64,000 bases of DNA from Nitrospirota bacterium (GCA_963703955.1 CAVPGK010000013.1:156015-220014); one strand, 5' to 3'; counted from the stretch's first letter, positions 21,304 through 31,987 are shown. Numbers and translations: made by a program. The notes: generated by a model not told the origin, from the sequence alone.

Positions 21304-21541
21304 GGTGGTTTCCTTTCTCAAGTTGAGAAGGCAACGTGTACACCTAACTTACTACTCGTTCAAGGCCACGCCGCCGTGTTGGGTCAAAATTCCCGAAGGT
21401 ATGCGATCGTATCGTCAGCGGCGCGCGTTCGACCACATCCAACTCGGTCAGCAGCTCCACGTCTCCTTTTAAATCTGAGCACAGCAGGCTCTCTGGTCAT
21501 GTTCTTCATGGCAGCTCCAACAGTCCTTCCTCACGGATCCC

Positions 21542-22121
21542 TCACATCACCACACCGCCACTCGCGTGGATGTTCTGACCCGTGAGCCAGCGTGCTCGAT
21601 CGCTCACGATGAACGCGACCACGTCCGCGATGTCCTGTGGAGTTCCCAGTCGCTTGAGCGGGGACATCTGCGCGCCCGTCTCGCGAAACGCATCGGGGAT
21701 CATCGCCGTTTCCGTGAATCCTGGCGACACGGTGTTGACCGTGACCCCTTTAGGTGCTAGTTCGTGCGCCAGCCCTCTGGTGAACTGCTCGAGCGCGCCT
21801 TTGGTTCCCAGATAAGCCGTCACACCAGCGAAGCCCATGTGGGTTCCGTCCGACGAAATGTTCACGATCCGGCCTCCGTCCTCGATCACCTTCGCGGCCT
21901 CCTGCATCGCGAAATACGGGCCCTTGGCGTTCAAGGCAAAGATCTGGTCGAATTCTTGTTCGGACGTTTCGACCAATGGCTTAAAGGTGGCCATCCCGGC
22001 ATTGTTCACCAAAATGTCCAGCCTCCTCAGCCGCTGGAATGTTTCTTTGACTAAGCGACGGGCATCAGACACCTTGCTCATGTCCGCCTGAATTGCCACG
22101 GCTTTGCCGCCCTTTGACTCG
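21542..22121 (-). pseudogene. Short-chain dehydrogenase, 5'-truncated
   Basis: DILVNNAG, YLGTK and VNTVSPG present; N-terminal TGxxxGIG absent. Confidence 0.8.
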
Positions 22122-22147
22122 AGGACTAGTCGTCCTGTCTGCGGCAG

Positions 22148-22594
22148 TTATAGGTTAAAGTGCAAACGTCCACTGAGCGTCAGTCCGTCGCGGATGTTCA
22201 TGCCCATGAGCACCAGATTCGTTCCTCCGGCCACGAGTTCAAGCCCTTGAACGAGATAGAACCTCGCGTCCAGGAGTCCCTGCGATGCCCAAGAGTCAAG
22301 AAGGATTGCGCAGGGAATGAGAATAATGAGCCCATTCGCCGCGATGAACGGCATGCGCTTCTTTTTTACATCCACCAGTCGTCCTTGCCGGGACTTCGAT
22401 AGAGCGAAGCCTGTGCCTCCGGTAGCAGCTATCGCAGGGACCAGGACCCACAAACCCGGGAAGACAATGAAACTCTTCACTCGAGCGACGGCATCCAGCG
22501 ATCCAAGGAACTCGACCATCACGGTCGACGCTAAGAACGTCGCGATTGTCAGCGTCGCCAGTATTCCGACGGATAAGTGAACCTTCTTTGTCAT
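22148..22594 (-). CDS. Hypothetical membrane protein with four hydrophobic segments
   Basis: 148-aa ORF with hydrophobic helices. Confidence 0.75.
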   Translation of the reverse strand: MTKKVHLSVGILATLTIATFLASTVMVEFLGSLDAVARVKSFIVFPGLWVLVPAIAATGGTGFALSKSRQGRLVDVKKKRMPFIAANGLIILIPCAILLDSWASQGLLDARFYLVQGLELVAGGTNLVLMGMNIRDGLTLSGRLHFNL

Positions 22595-22669
22595 CGATCC
22601 CTTATCACTGTTTCCGGGTAGCTGATCTCCATCGTCTTCATGTTTTTGCTGGGCTTGCCGTTGCCATAC

Positions 22670-22750
22670 AGTTCAAGAGACCTCGATCAATTTCGCTGCT
22701 CCGTGCGCAGAGGACCGGCCACACCGTGTGATAACCATCGGGGATGGGCG
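22670..22750 (-). pseudogene. Remnant of a VOC/PhnB N-terminus
   Basis: Reads PIPDGYHTV, then GAAKLIE after a frameshift. Confidence 0.45.
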
Positions 22751-22842
22751 TCTTCCTCTAGCGCTGTCTTCATGCCTCTTGTTGCCATTCAGAATCTCCA
22801 GACCGTCGTGCTCTCCCAGGGAACTCTGTCATTCCGGAACCC

Positions 22843-23005
22843 TCAAGATCGCTCCGCCGCAGAGTCGACAACCGCGATCGCCTCGATCTCAATCATCGCA
22901 TCCGGAGAATAGAGCGAACGGACTTCGACGATGGTGTCAGCCGGATAAGGGGGAGTGAACCACTGCCCGCGCAATTCAACGATCTGGTCAAAGTAACCCA
23001 GTAGG
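22843..23005 (-). pseudogene. RidA-family C-terminal fragment
   Basis: FTPPYPADTIVEVRSL...MIEIEAIA; no RidA N-terminus. Confidence 0.65.
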
Positions 23006-23482
23006 TCTCCAACTCGATATCCTTGGGCAAGACGGAACGGCTCGTATGGGTCGGGGTAGATTCCGATACGCTCGATTTTCACGCTGCCGACTCCTTGCCA
23101 ATGCCTATAGGATCTACGAATATTCAGTTCACAAGTAGCCGCCGTGTTCACCTGGTATCGAAAACGCCGTGAGCGCGACGATCCACCCTATAAGAGTGAG
23201 CGCCGCACGGATATAGTTCAGTGTGTCCACTGCGACACCATTCTTTCAGCGACCGATTCAGGACGAGTTTCTGCCCGCATCAACGTAAGCGCCGTTGGAA
23301 TAAAGTAAGACATGGCCATGATCCGCTCTACGGCGTAAAGAGGGACACAAGCCCGTTAATGTCCACAGCGCGGAATGCTTTTTGCCATATGCTTTCCGAG
23401 GGGCCAAATCTGGATTCCCTCAATCGCGTTGTTCTCTCGCTTGCCGTAGTTTCTTCCTCTGTTCGGACCCACCACTATGCGG

Positions 23483-23941
23483 TCATTCGATATTCCCGAT
23501 CCCGCGAGCCATAAGCGGAGCACAGAGAAGGATTCCAACGATCCCTAACAACTCCCAAAGAATGACTCGGCGCACTCGTCGGAACTGAGCGTCCGTAAGT
23601 TGAGGAAGTAGGCCTGCCTTGAGCTGCTTGTTCCATGACGCAAACAGCACGGTTGGGTATATCGAGAGCAGTGCGACGAGGAAGAAGAGTGATAACTTCG
23701 CGATGAAGAACACGTTCTGGAAATAGTATGCACTTCCCCGCTCGAAATAGAAAACCCGCAAGAGGCCGGCCACTAGCAAGACGCCCGCTGAAATTCCGTA
23801 AGCCATATCCGCACGCTGAATCTTCCGCGCCTGTCCGAGAGTGAGGTTGCGATCGAACAGGGCGAGTTCTGCAGTGAGAGCAGCCGCGAGCGCAAACGCA
23901 GCGAGATGGTGAATAAACGCAATAGGTGCTGATGCACTCAT
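23483..23941 (-). CDS. DUF2214-family membrane protein
   Basis: D..YG.SA...GLLRV.YFE.G..YY...F..K...LSIYPT...LMARGIG pattern. Confidence 0.85.
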   Translation of the reverse strand: MSASAPIAFIHHLAAFALAAALTAELALFDRNLTLGQARKIQRADMAYGISAGVLLVAGLLRVFYFERGSAYYFQNVFFIAKLSLFFLVALLSIYPTVLFASWNKQLKAGLLPQLTDAQFRRVRRVILWELLGIVGILLCAPLMARGIGNIE

Positions 23942-23987
23942 AAGGCCCTGTTCGACAGCGAGAGCGCTGCCATCGCATCGACCCGGC

Positions 23988-24683
23988 TTACCAGAGCAAC
24001 GGGATCAGGCGGTATCGGATTCTGCCCATATAGTTCTCGTAGCCCTTCAGTTCTCGTCTCAGGAACCGTTCCTCGATCAGAATACGCACAGCGATCAATG
24101 CGATCGGAAGGCTCGCCAGGAGCGCGGCTGCGTAGGATTCCAACCACAGAGGCATGCCGACCAGCAGCAGGGCAGTGCCCGTGTACATCGGATGTCGCAC
24201 GATCCTGTAGACACCCGTATCGACGACCCTGTGTCGTCGCTCTTCCTGAAACTTCACTACCGGTGCCGCGAAAGTATTCTCCCTGAACGAAAGAGAGATA
24301 ATCCACCAGCCCGCAACAAAGAGGAGGAGCCCCAGGGACGACACCATCCTTGCGGGTTTCCCAAGCAGGTGAAAGTGGAACACATCCAAGGGAATGAAAA
24401 GGATCAAGCCGAAGAACGCGGCGAGCAAGGGGATCAGCACGATCTTGTCCGCAAGGGGTTGACCCTTCTGAAAGGGAAGCTTCATGCGTTCATCGAGCAG
24501 CTCCTGGTTCTTCGCGAAAACGCCCACCATCGTCGCCACCGTGCCAATAATGATCACGCCGAGAAACGCCCATGCCCGCCGCCAATCGAACGTGCCCGCT
24601 GGCAGGAATAGCAGGACGCCGAAGATGGCCACGTTCGCAATGACGCCAACGATCAATCTGGAGAGGAACATGTGTGCTTCCAC
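23988..24683 (-). CDS. Isoprenylcysteine carboxyl methyltransferase-family membrane protein
   Basis: VVDTGVYRIVRHPMY...EERFL...GY..Y...YRLIP. Confidence 0.88.
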   Translation of the reverse strand: MEAHMFLSRLIVGVIANVAIFGVLLFLPAGTFDWRRAWAFLGVIIIGTVATMVGVFAKNQELLDERMKLPFQKGQPLADKIVLIPLLAAFFGLILFIPLDVFHFHLLGKPARMVSSLGLLLFVAGWWIISLSFRENTFAAPVVKFQEERRHRVVDTGVYRIVRHPMYTGTALLLVGMPLWLESYAAALLASLPIALIAVRILIEERFLRRELKGYENYMGRIRYRLIPLLW

Positions 24684-24721
24684 GTCACAAGGTTAGGCCG
24701 ATGATGATTCATCTTCGCACA

Positions 24722-24979
24722 TTACCCAGCGTTCCCGAGGACGAACCAGCAACGGAGTGAGTTGGCTGATCGTCTCGGATCCCTTATCTCTCCCGAACCC
24801 GGTCCGCGTCCTCGCGGCTTCGCCAGTTCGCCAGGGCCCATGGCCCGGGGCATCCTGATCGATGAGAATCCGATGCGACAGGTAGCCTTCAAAGACCAGA
24901 CCTGCCGCGTAAGCTGGAGCCCTTCCGTTTCAGTGCCAGGCTTCAACCATGTATCCCAAAGGATGGTGACTGCCATCAC
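24722..24979 (-). pseudogene. Degraded ABM-type (dimeric alpha-beta barrel) gene
   Basis: Strong RBS and plausible N-terminus (VTILWDTWLKPG), followed by scrambled frames. Confidence 0.45.
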
Positions 24980-25102
24980 TCTCCTCCATCAATTCTCGGC
25001 AGCGCGATGCTGCGACCCTCAGCGACCTTCACTCCGGCGTTCGTGAGACTCCGTCACAAATTGTTTTGGCGTTATCAGTGACGCGTTCTTTGCATCTTGT
25101 GA

Positions 25103-25516
25103 TCACCTCGCCCGCTTGGCATCCAGGCTCCACGGTCCCGCACCGGCGGCCGAGAAGTAGAGCCAGAGGAAGCAGTAGAGCACGGCGGCGACGCCGCCGT
25201 TCACGACGGGCCAGAAACCCTGGGGGAAGTGGAACTGGAAGTATGCCACCGCCATCTCGCCGGACAGCAGGAACGCGACGGGGCGGGTGAAGAGTCCGAG
25301 GAGGAGGAGCGCGCCGCCGATCACCTCGAGGACGCCACCGATCCCGATCTGGGACATCAGCGGGGCGGTGCCGCCGTTCGGGGGCATCCCAATCGGGAAA
25401 GCGAAGAGTTTCGCGGTGCCGGCCAGCATGAACATGAACGCGGCCACGATGCGGAGCACGCTCTTTAGGTATGGCGCCCAGGCCGACCACTTCGCGACGA
25501 GGTTCGGTTCGGTCAT
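25103..25516 (-). CDS. DoxX-family membrane protein
   Basis: LRIVAAF...LGLFTRPVAFLLSGEMAVAYF...GAGPWSLD. Confidence 0.9.
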   Translation of the reverse strand: MTEPNLVAKWSAWAPYLKSVLRIVAAFMFMLAGTAKLFAFPIGMPPNGGTAPLMSQIGIGGVLEVIGGALLLLGLFTRPVAFLLSGEMAVAYFQFHFPQGFWPVVNGGVAAVLYCFLWLYFSAAGAGPWSLDAKRAR

Positions 25517-25566
25517 GATGCCTCCTCTTTCTTCGCCAGGTCGAGCTTGTTGTCAATCTCGGAGAT

Positions 25567-25950
25567 CTATTTCTTCGGCTTCTCCCAGAGAGCCATGACG
25601 TTGCCCTCTGGATCTGCGAAGTCCGCCATAAAACCCCACTCCCCAATTGAGTGTCTTGCGGTGATGACCTTCCCTCCTGCCTTCTTTACTGCCTTGAGGG
25701 TCTTCTCAATGGAACCAGTTTGCACGCCAAACGACGGCTGGTCCTTTTTGGATTTGCGTTTATAAAAACCTCCGTTGATCCCTCCGGGTTTAATCGGATT
25801 GTCATCTTTATCCACGGCTGTCGTGTAGGCCATCGCCCCCTCGTCGCCCCATAGTTTGACCTTCCAGTCGAAGACCTTTTCATAAAATGCTTTTGCCTTT
25901 TTAAAATTCGAAGCCGGGATTTCAAAAAACACGACTTTGTTCTTACTCAT
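25567..25950 (-). CDS. VOC/glyoxalase-family protein
   Basis: VVFFEIPA...AKAFY..VFDW...GGINGG...FADPEGN. Confidence 0.9.
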   Translation of the reverse strand: MSKNKVVFFEIPASNFKKAKAFYEKVFDWKVKLWGDEGAMAYTTAVDKDDNPIKPGGINGGFYKRKSKKDQPSFGVQTGSIEKTLKAVKKAGGKVITARHSIGEWGFMADFADPEGNVMALWEKPKK

Positions 25951-26014
25951 TTCTCTCCCCCTTTCATACTTTCCAAAAGTTCGCCGAGACGATCATTTGA
26001 TCTGAGCTGGATTA

Positions 26015-26503
26015 TCATTGCCCATATGCTTGCTTTAGCTTTTTTATGTCGAGTTTTTTCATTTGAAGCAATGCCTTCATGACGCGGTCCGATACTTCGG
26101 CGTCCTTGCCCTTCAGCATCTCGCTTAAGACCGCGGGAACGATCTGCCAGGACACGCCATATTTGTCCTTCAGCCATCCGCACTGCTGTGCCTTCTCATC
26201 TCCGCCTTTGGAAAGTTTCTCCCAATAATAGTCGACTTCCTTTTGAGACTTGCAGCTGACTTGGAAGGAGATCGCCTCATTGAACTTAAACACCGGACCG
26301 CCGTTGAGCGCTGTAAATGTCTGCCCGTTGAGTTCAAATTCTATCGTCATCACGCTTCCCGCCGGTCTTCCGTGGATTTCGTATCCCTCTTCTCCATAGC
26401 GCGCGATTTTCCGAATCTTCGACTTCTTAAAAATGGAGGTATAAAACTTCACGGCCTCTTCCGCGTTGCTATCGAACCACAAGCATGGCGTGATTGTTTG
26501 CAT
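26015..26503 (-). CDS. PhnB-like VOC protein (3-demethylubiquinone-9 3-methyltransferase family)
   Basis: ITPCLWFD, ALNGGP and CGWLKDKYGVSWQIVP. Confidence 0.92.
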   Translation of the reverse strand: MQTITPCLWFDSNAEEAVKFYTSIFKKSKIRKIARYGEEGYEIHGRPAGSVMTIEFELNGQTFTALNGGPVFKFNEAISFQVSCKSQKEVDYYWEKLSKGGDEKAQQCGWLKDKYGVSWQIVPAVLSEMLKGKDAEVSDRVMKALLQMKKLDIKKLKQAYGQ

Positions 26504-26569
26504 ACACCTCTCCTATTTCTTGGGTGTCCCTACGATCCCTCATACACAAGTTCATTTCCTTTCTCTGTT

Positions 26570-27229
26570 TCACTCTCCGCGAACGATGTGGATGTTGAAG
26601 TGCGGTGTTCCCAGCACCCCCCACAACCGCACCCACAATGCCAGAAACATCTCCGTGCCGCGCGCGTTAGTGATGTCGCCGAGGTCAACAATGTTGCCGG
26701 GCTTCCAGTCGAACCATTTGCAAAGCCGGTCGGCGACTTCGCGTTTCGCTGCCGCGTCATTGCCGCAGATGAACAACTCGTGGTCGCCGGGCACGCGCGA
26801 CGGCGCAATCATGATGTCGCAATTAACCGTATTGAGCGCCTTGACCACACGCGCGTCGGGAAATTGCCGCTGTACCTGTTCGCCGAGCGAATCGGTATTG
26901 CACACGGTGAGTGTTGGCGGCATGCCTTTGGAAATGTCCAGCGGGTTGCCGACCTGAATGAGAATCTTGTCGCGCAGATTGTCCGCGCCCGCCTGACGCA
27001 GTGCCGCGAGAGAGTTCGCCCCGTTGGTGCAATCGAAAACAATTTCGCCAAACGCCGCGGCGTCCGCGAACGTGCCGATCTGCGCTTTGCCGCTTACGGA
27101 ACGGAGCCATTCCCGTCCCGCGTCGCTGTTGGCTGTGCGCGAGCCCATGATAACTTGATGGCCGCGTTGAACGAGTTTGGTGGCGATGGCGTTTCCGACT
27201 ATGCCTGTACCGAGGACTGCGATTTTCAT
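26570..27229 (-). CDS. NADP oxidoreductase, F420-dependent family
   Basis: KIAVLGTGIVG, GSRT, NPL, VVKALNT, DLGDI. Confidence 0.88.
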   Translation of the reverse strand: MKIAVLGTGIVGNAIATKLVQRGHQVIMGSRTANSDAGREWLRSVSGKAQIGTFADAAAFGEIVFDCTNGANSLAALRQAGADNLRDKILIQVGNPLDISKGMPPTLTVCNTDSLGEQVQRQFPDARVVKALNTVNCDIMIAPSRVPGDHELFICGNDAAAKREVADRLCKWFDWKPGNIVDLGDITNARGTEMFLALWVRLWGVLGTPHFNIHIVRGE

Positions 27230-27288
27230 GTTTGCCCTTTAATTTCCTGGTTAAATCATTAGTGACAGGTTTGTTGTTTCAACGTCAG

Positions 27289-27690
27289 TCACTTCCTCTC
27301 CGTGTTTGTTACGCGCCGCCGCTCGCTTTCGCGGATCATTTCGGTCAAGTCCGCGGCCGGGCGAATCTCGAAGGGGCCGGCCTTCACACCGGGGTGCTTC
27401 GACATCAACTGGATGGCGTGGTTCAGGTCCCTGGCTTCGAGCATGAGGATTCCGCCCAACTGCTCTTTCGTCTCGGCATACGGGCCGTCGGTGATGGACA
27501 CCTTGCCGTTCTGCCATCGCAGGGTGGTGGCGTTCCGAGCGCTTTGGAGCGCTTCCCCGCCGGCAAAGTGACCGTTCTTCCGCAGCACGTCGTCGTAGGC
27601 GAAGCACTCGTCCATCATGGCGTTCCGCTCGCTTTCGGACATCGTTTCCCACTTCTTCTCTTCCATGTATCCAAGGCAGATGTATTTCAT
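27289..27690 (-). CDS. YciI/DGPF-domain protein
   Basis: [14 protein letters not shown]...EIRP. Confidence 0.92.
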   Translation of the reverse strand: MKYICLGYMEEKKWETMSESERNAMMDECFAYDDVLRKNGHFAGGEALQSARNATTLRWQNGKVSITDGPYAETKEQLGGILMLEARDLNHAIQLMSKHPGVKAGPFEIRPAADLTEMIRESERRRVTNTERK

Positions 27691-27731
27691 GATTCTCTCC
27701 CAACGTGTGGACTAACCGCTCTCACCCTATA

Positions 27732-27758
27732 GTCGTCTGGCTGAGCCTCAAATCGACA
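27732..27758 (-). promoter_or_regulatory. ECF42-type sigma promoter
   Basis: TGTCGA-N17-CGAC upstream of the DGPF gene. Confidence 0.65.
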
Positions 27759-27775
27759 ACGGCGGCGTTGGTGGA

Positions 27776-28153
27776 TCACTTCTCCTCGAGAACGGACAAG
27801 ATATTGCCGGCGGGGTCTTTGAACCACGCTATTGTTGGACCTTCGCCGCGGAAAACCCCCCTTTTGTCCGTTTTGAGTTTGGGCTCGTTATAGATCTCAA
27901 AGCGGACGCCGCGCTTCGTGAGCTCGTCCACGGCCTTGTCGACATTGTCCACTGGGAAATTGAGGATGGTGAAGGTTGCCGGAGCATGGTTAGGCTTAGG
28001 GTAAACAAGTACCGTGGCACCGCCTGCAAGGTGCAGTTTCAATAGGTCATGCGATTCAGAAACCTCCAGCCCGAGTGTTCGGCTATAGAACTCTTTCGCC
28101 TTTCGGATGTCGTCGACCGAAAAACCGCTGAACGCAGTGCTTTTTGCTAACAT
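27776..28153 (-). CDS. VOC/glyoxalase-family protein
   Basis: AFSGFSVDD...[11 protein letters not shown]...[12 protein letters not shown]. Confidence 0.9.
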   Translation of the reverse strand: MLAKSTAFSGFSVDDIRKAKEFYSRTLGLEVSESHDLLKLHLAGGATVLVYPKPNHAPATFTILNFPVDNVDKAVDELTKRGVRFEIYNEPKLKTDKRGVFRGEGPTIAWFKDPAGNILSVLEEK

Positions 28154-28204
28154 GGCTTTTCTCCTCTCCTTGCCGTCACGAATTTGATTGTCCGACTGCA
28201 ACGT

Positions 28205-28789
28205 TCATCGAGGTCGCCGAATCATCGGAAAAAGGGGCGGTGCCTCATCAATCTGTATTGTTCCAACTACTTCGAATCCGTGTCGTTGGTAGAGGGGGAT
28301 GTTCGCCGGATTTGTCGACTCCAGATACGCGGTTCGTCCTTCACGATCAATGCGCTCCAGAGCGTGGCGTAAGAGCGCCGACCCGTACCCATGTCCCTGT
28401 TTCGCGGGCTCGACCCCGATAAGCGGCAAATACCAGTGAGGCTCAGTGGGATGATAGCCTCCCATTTTTTCCAGCATCGTGAATACGACCTGGAGTCGCT
28501 TCGGATCGATGCTGCGTTCCATCAGGCCAACCAACACCTCTTCGTCGGGCTGCACACTGGGAGGCAGCCACAGCGCACCACCAGAGCATTCAGCGACCGA
28601 GTGAGCCGTGCCGTGATCGAACGCCTTCCCCCCGAATGCATTCGTGAACTCCGTGAAGTATGTGAGGTAGTCATGTGAATCGGGCCACGCCCACCGCGCG
28701 ACCGGATCGCCAACAAAGGCAAGAACGATCGCACTGACCACCCGCTCCCGATCCTTCGCCTTGGCGGCGTTCACAGCCGGAGTACTCAT
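28205..28789 (-). CDS. GNAT N-acetyltransferase
   Basis: HWYL..IGV.P..QGHGYGSALL...YLES...N..LY.RHGF. Confidence 0.9.
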   Translation of the reverse strand: MSTPAVNAAKAKDRERVVSAIVLAFVGDPVARWAWPDSHDYLTYFTEFTNAFGGKAFDHGTAHSVAECSGGALWLPPSVQPDEEVLVGLMERSIDPKRLQVVFTMLEKMGGYHPTEPHWYLPLIGVEPAKQGHGYGSALLRHALERIDREGRTAYLESTNPANIPLYQRHGFEVVGTIQIDEAPPLFPMIRRPR

Positions 28790-28838
28790 GGGATTCCCTT
28801 CACGGTTGGAGTGCGAGGTGTCGTCTCTTGTTCGGCCC

Positions 28839-28930
28839 TTCTAACCCTCAAGCTCAACCGCCGGCTCAAATCGGCCACGGCGGTCAGATAAAGTCGCGCT
28901 TGATTTCGGCGGGGGGTTGTTGGCGTTGGC
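28839..28930 (-). other. Degenerate attC-like site
   Basis: Minus strand ends CCGGCGGTTGAGCTTGAGGGTTAGAA, with imperfect inverted arms CCGCCG/CGGCGG and AAATC/GATTT; lies between two co-oriented small genes. Confidence 0.4.
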
Positions 28931-28957
28931 ACTCGTGAGACGCTCCTCCCTTCCGGT

Positions 28958-29368
28958 TCAACCCTTTGCCTCCACGTGCCGGCCGAACTTGTCCAGGATG
29001 GCCTGCCAGCCCGTGCGCTGGAGCTCTGGCGGGTTCTCGGTCTCCGCGTCGAACGTCTCCTTCACGAGGACGCTGCCGGCGCGCTCGACGAACTCGACTT
29101 TGACCTCCCGGCCGTCGCTCATCCGGTATTCGATGGTCTTGTGGGGCACGATGCGGGTGTACGTGCCCTCGAAGTCGAAGCCCTCGCTGCCGTCTTTGGC
29201 TTCCATGCGCGACAGGAACTTTCCGCCTTCGCGCAGATCGACGGTGCTACGGGTCGTGTGCCAGTCATCCTGGGCGGTGTTCCACTGCTTGATGTCCGCC
29301 GGGTTGTTCCAGGCATCCCAGAGCTTGTCCAGCTTGGCCTCTACGACAGTCTCAACGGTGATCTTCAT
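28958..29368 (-). CDS. SRPBCC/AHSA1-domain protein
   Basis: W.AW....I.QWN...DLREGG.F..RMEAKDGS.GFDF.G...Q..GWQAIL. Confidence 0.9.
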   Translation of the reverse strand: MKITVETVVEAKLDKLWDAWNNPADIKQWNTAQDDWHTTRSTVDLREGGKFLSRMEAKDGSEGFDFEGTYTRIVPHKTIEYRMSDGREVKVEFVERAGSVLVKETFDAETENPPELQRTGWQAILDKFGRHVEAKG

Positions 29369-29406
29369 GGGTGTCTCCTGTCGCGCCCGTGGATGGGCAC
29401 CCTTTA

Positions 29407-29433
29407 GTCGAATGAGGAGGGGTCAAATCGACA
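29407..29433 (-). promoter_or_regulatory. ECF42-type sigma promoter
   Basis: TGTCGA-N17-CGAC, same architecture as 27732-27758. Confidence 0.65.
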
Positions 29434-29470
29434 CCCCCGTCGTCCTTGGGGCTACGGCTCAATACACCAG

Positions 29471-29620
29471 GCCCAACGCCCGGGTTCAGCGGTGACGCGC
29501 AGGCTCCGATGCTTACGGCACGCAGACAACACATAGCAGCCGTTTTCATCACGGATCACGCCCCGGGCGCATCCGCCAGCTCGCTCACGTCTTCTCTCCT
29601 GCAATAAAGCGCGGTTGGGC
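29471..29620 (-). other. attC-like site with intact right arm and degraded left arm
   Basis: Minus strand ends GCGCGTCACCGCTGAACCCGGGCGTTGGGC (GTTRRRY); a complementary GCCCAAC lies 150 bp away. Confidence 0.55.
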
Positions 29621-29654
29621 ACGAGGACCCGGAGGCGACCTCTGGACTGCTCCG

Positions 29655-30242
29655 TTAGCCGATTCCGTAGATCACGCTGACGCGCCCATCTGAAAACTTC
29701 TGAATCTTCCGGAGTTCGAGCCCATGACGACGTTCCGTCGTCGCAAAGAGCGCCTTCCCCTCACCCACGATCAGCGGATAGATAATAAGCCGAAGTTCAC
29801 CCACCAACCTGGCATCGATGAGGCTCGCCGTAATTCGGGCACCCCCCATGAGATAGATGTCCTTGCCAGACCGCTGCTTAAGGACAGAGATGTCTTCGAT
29901 TCCCCGGAGAAAGCGCGTCTTCGGCCAGAGAGCGGAAGTCAGGGTACTCGACAGCACATAATGCGGGGTCTGCTCGGCGAAGCGGGCCCATTCGACCTCG
30001 GCTTTGGTTGGAATCCTGTTCGACAGCGGGTGGGGCTTGTCCGGCTCATTCTGTATCGTGGTCCAATATTGCTCGTAGCCGCCGTACATGCGGCCCCCGA
30101 CCACGCATGCGTCTATCTGCTGCGTCAGGCCGTAGTCCTCAGACCACGCTTCGACCCAATCCGCGTAACCCTCGGGCCCCTCGATCTTGCCATCGACGGA
30201 CATTTTCATCCCAGCGATCAGCTTTCGCATGTCGAACTCCAT
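29655..30242 (-). CDS. Dihydrofolate reductase/RibD C-terminal family protein
   Basis: MSVDGKIEG, GRMY, YVLSSTL, GKDIYLMGG, P.IVGEGK.LF. Confidence 0.88.
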   Translation of the reverse strand: MEFDMRKLIAGMKMSVDGKIEGPEGYADWVEAWSEDYGLTQQIDACVVGGRMYGGYEQYWTTIQNEPDKPHPLSNRIPTKAEVEWARFAEQTPHYVLSSTLTSALWPKTRFLRGIEDISVLKQRSGKDIYLMGGARITASLIDARLVGELRLIIYPLIVGEGKALFATTERRHGLELRKIQKFSDGRVSVIYGIG

Positions 30243-30292
30243 ATTGCATCAAGCCCTTCACGCGGGACCCAGATCGTCGGAATGCCCGGCCT

Positions 30293-31000
30293 TCAGGCGA
30301 GACCACTGGGCGGTGGGACGTCCATCGGTACGGTAATGCGCTGCTCGCCTTTCCACCGTTGTGGCCAGCCGGTCGGCGAGTCCTCCCACGTCTCCTGCCG
30401 CCCGTAGACGGTCAAGTCGAGCAACCGGTAGCTGTTGTCCATCGCCTCGACGCCGCGCCTCGTCGTCCAGTAAGTCTCGAAGACATTGGATCCTTGTCGC
30501 AGGTAGCAAACGATGTGCATCATGCCCACCCGGCGTCCAACCAAGAGAGTGTCGAGCGAGTCCTGGGCCGAGTACCAAGGCATCTCCCAGCCCATGAAGT
30601 CGCGGTACCGGACGCTCTCTTCGTACGGGCCTTGGCAGAACGTGGCGTAGGTGACGTCACGGGAATGCAGGAAGGACAGCTCGCGGACCTGCGATGTAAA
30701 CAAGGTGCAACCCTCGCACTGCTCCGGCGCAGGGTGGCCGGTGTGCCACATGAAGTAGTAGGCGATGAGCATCCGGCGTCCCTCAAACGCGTCCAACAGC
30801 GTCACCGCCCCACGCTCGCCGATAAGCGGTGTCGCGCCATCCACCTCGACCATGGGCAGCCGCCGGCGGGCGGCTGCAATCGCGTCGCCTTCTCGTGTGT
30901 GAGCTTTCTCTCGAACCCGCAGTGCGTCCAGCTCGGCCTGGAAAGTGCTCCGATCGACCACCGCAGGTACTCCAATTTCATTTCTCATGGTGTCTTTCAT
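30293..31000 (-). CDS. DUF899-family thioredoxin-like protein
   Basis: REKAHTREGDAIAAARRRLPMV, QCEGCT, LDLTVYGRQETWEDSP. Confidence 0.88.
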   Translation of the reverse strand: MKDTMRNEIGVPAVVDRSTFQAELDALRVREKAHTREGDAIAAARRRLPMVEVDGATPLIGERGAVTLLDAFEGRRMLIAYYFMWHTGHPAPEQCEGCTLFTSQVRELSFLHSRDVTYATFCQGPYEESVRYRDFMGWEMPWYSAQDSLDTLLVGRRVGMMHIVCYLRQGSNVFETYWTTRRGVEAMDNSYRLLDLTVYGRQETWEDSPTGWPQRWKGEQRITVPMDVPPPSGLA

Positions 31001-31173
31001 CGTTCCGCCTCCATCGGCCACTTATTCAGGTCAATTATCGCTCCCTCCATCCGGCTCGAATTTTCAGCGCTTGTCGTACTCGTCGTGGCGGCGAAATCAG
31101 GGGCCGGTTTCGTTGCGTCCTTTGGACCGAAGACCTGTTCAGCACCATGCTCAACATCAGTCCCTCCCTTTGT

Positions 31174-31900
31174 CTATGACTTGACGGGCTCTGCTGCTAC
31201 GAACGCCGCAAACTGGCGCTCGAGCGCCTTGGCCGCACCGCTGCGCCAGCTCTCGGCCATGGACTGCTGACATGGGATCGGGGAAGATCTCCTCCTCCCC
31301 CTTCTCCACTCCGTCGAAGATGGCTCGCGCGACGGACTCCGGAGAGGCCTTCGGTATGTCGAGGCCTCGGGACATATCGGTGTCCACGGGGCCGGTCAGG
31401 ACGGCATGAACCCTCACGCCCCGTCCGGCCAAAAGAGCGCGCAGCGATTGTGACAGGGAGAACGCGGCCGCCTTCGAGATCGAGTAGGCCGGAATGAACG
31501 GCAAGGCGGCAACGGCCGCCAGCGACAGAACGTTGACGATGGCTCCCCGAGAACGAGTCAGCAACGGCAGGAAAGCCTGGGTCACGCCATACGTGCCAAA
31601 GAGATTGACGGCGAGGTGCTGTTCGAGCGCGGCACGATCGCTCAAGTCATCGTAAAGCGCCAGGCCGGCGTTATTGATGAGGATATCGAGAGATTCGACT
31701 CTCTCGACAGCTCCCTGAATCTGCGCCGCGTTCGTCACGTCCAGAGTCAGGGGCGTGACGCGCCCATCCGAGTGGGCCAAGGGCTGGCGCGTACCGGCAT
31801 ACACCCGCTTCGCGCCTCTCCTCAAGGCTTCCTCGACCAGCGCCTGCCCGATACCGCGATTGGCCCCGGTCACCAGAACTGCTGTGTCTGCGATTTTCAT
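31174..31900 (-). CDS. Short-chain dehydrogenase, frameshift near 31265
   Basis: TGANRGIG, NNAG, YSISK; the natural C-terminus (AKALERQFA) is in another frame ending at 31174. Confidence 0.85.
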
Positions 31901-31987
31901 TTCATTATCCTCCTTAAATTTTTTGATCGTCGTGGCGGCGCAAGCCACCGCATCGGCCGGCAACCGCAATGTCCTCTTTCCCTTGCG

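Noticed and set aside
30008..31270. 420-aa plus-strand ORF
   Set aside because: Antisense shadow of the DHFR, DUF899 and SDR genes, with no recognisable motif
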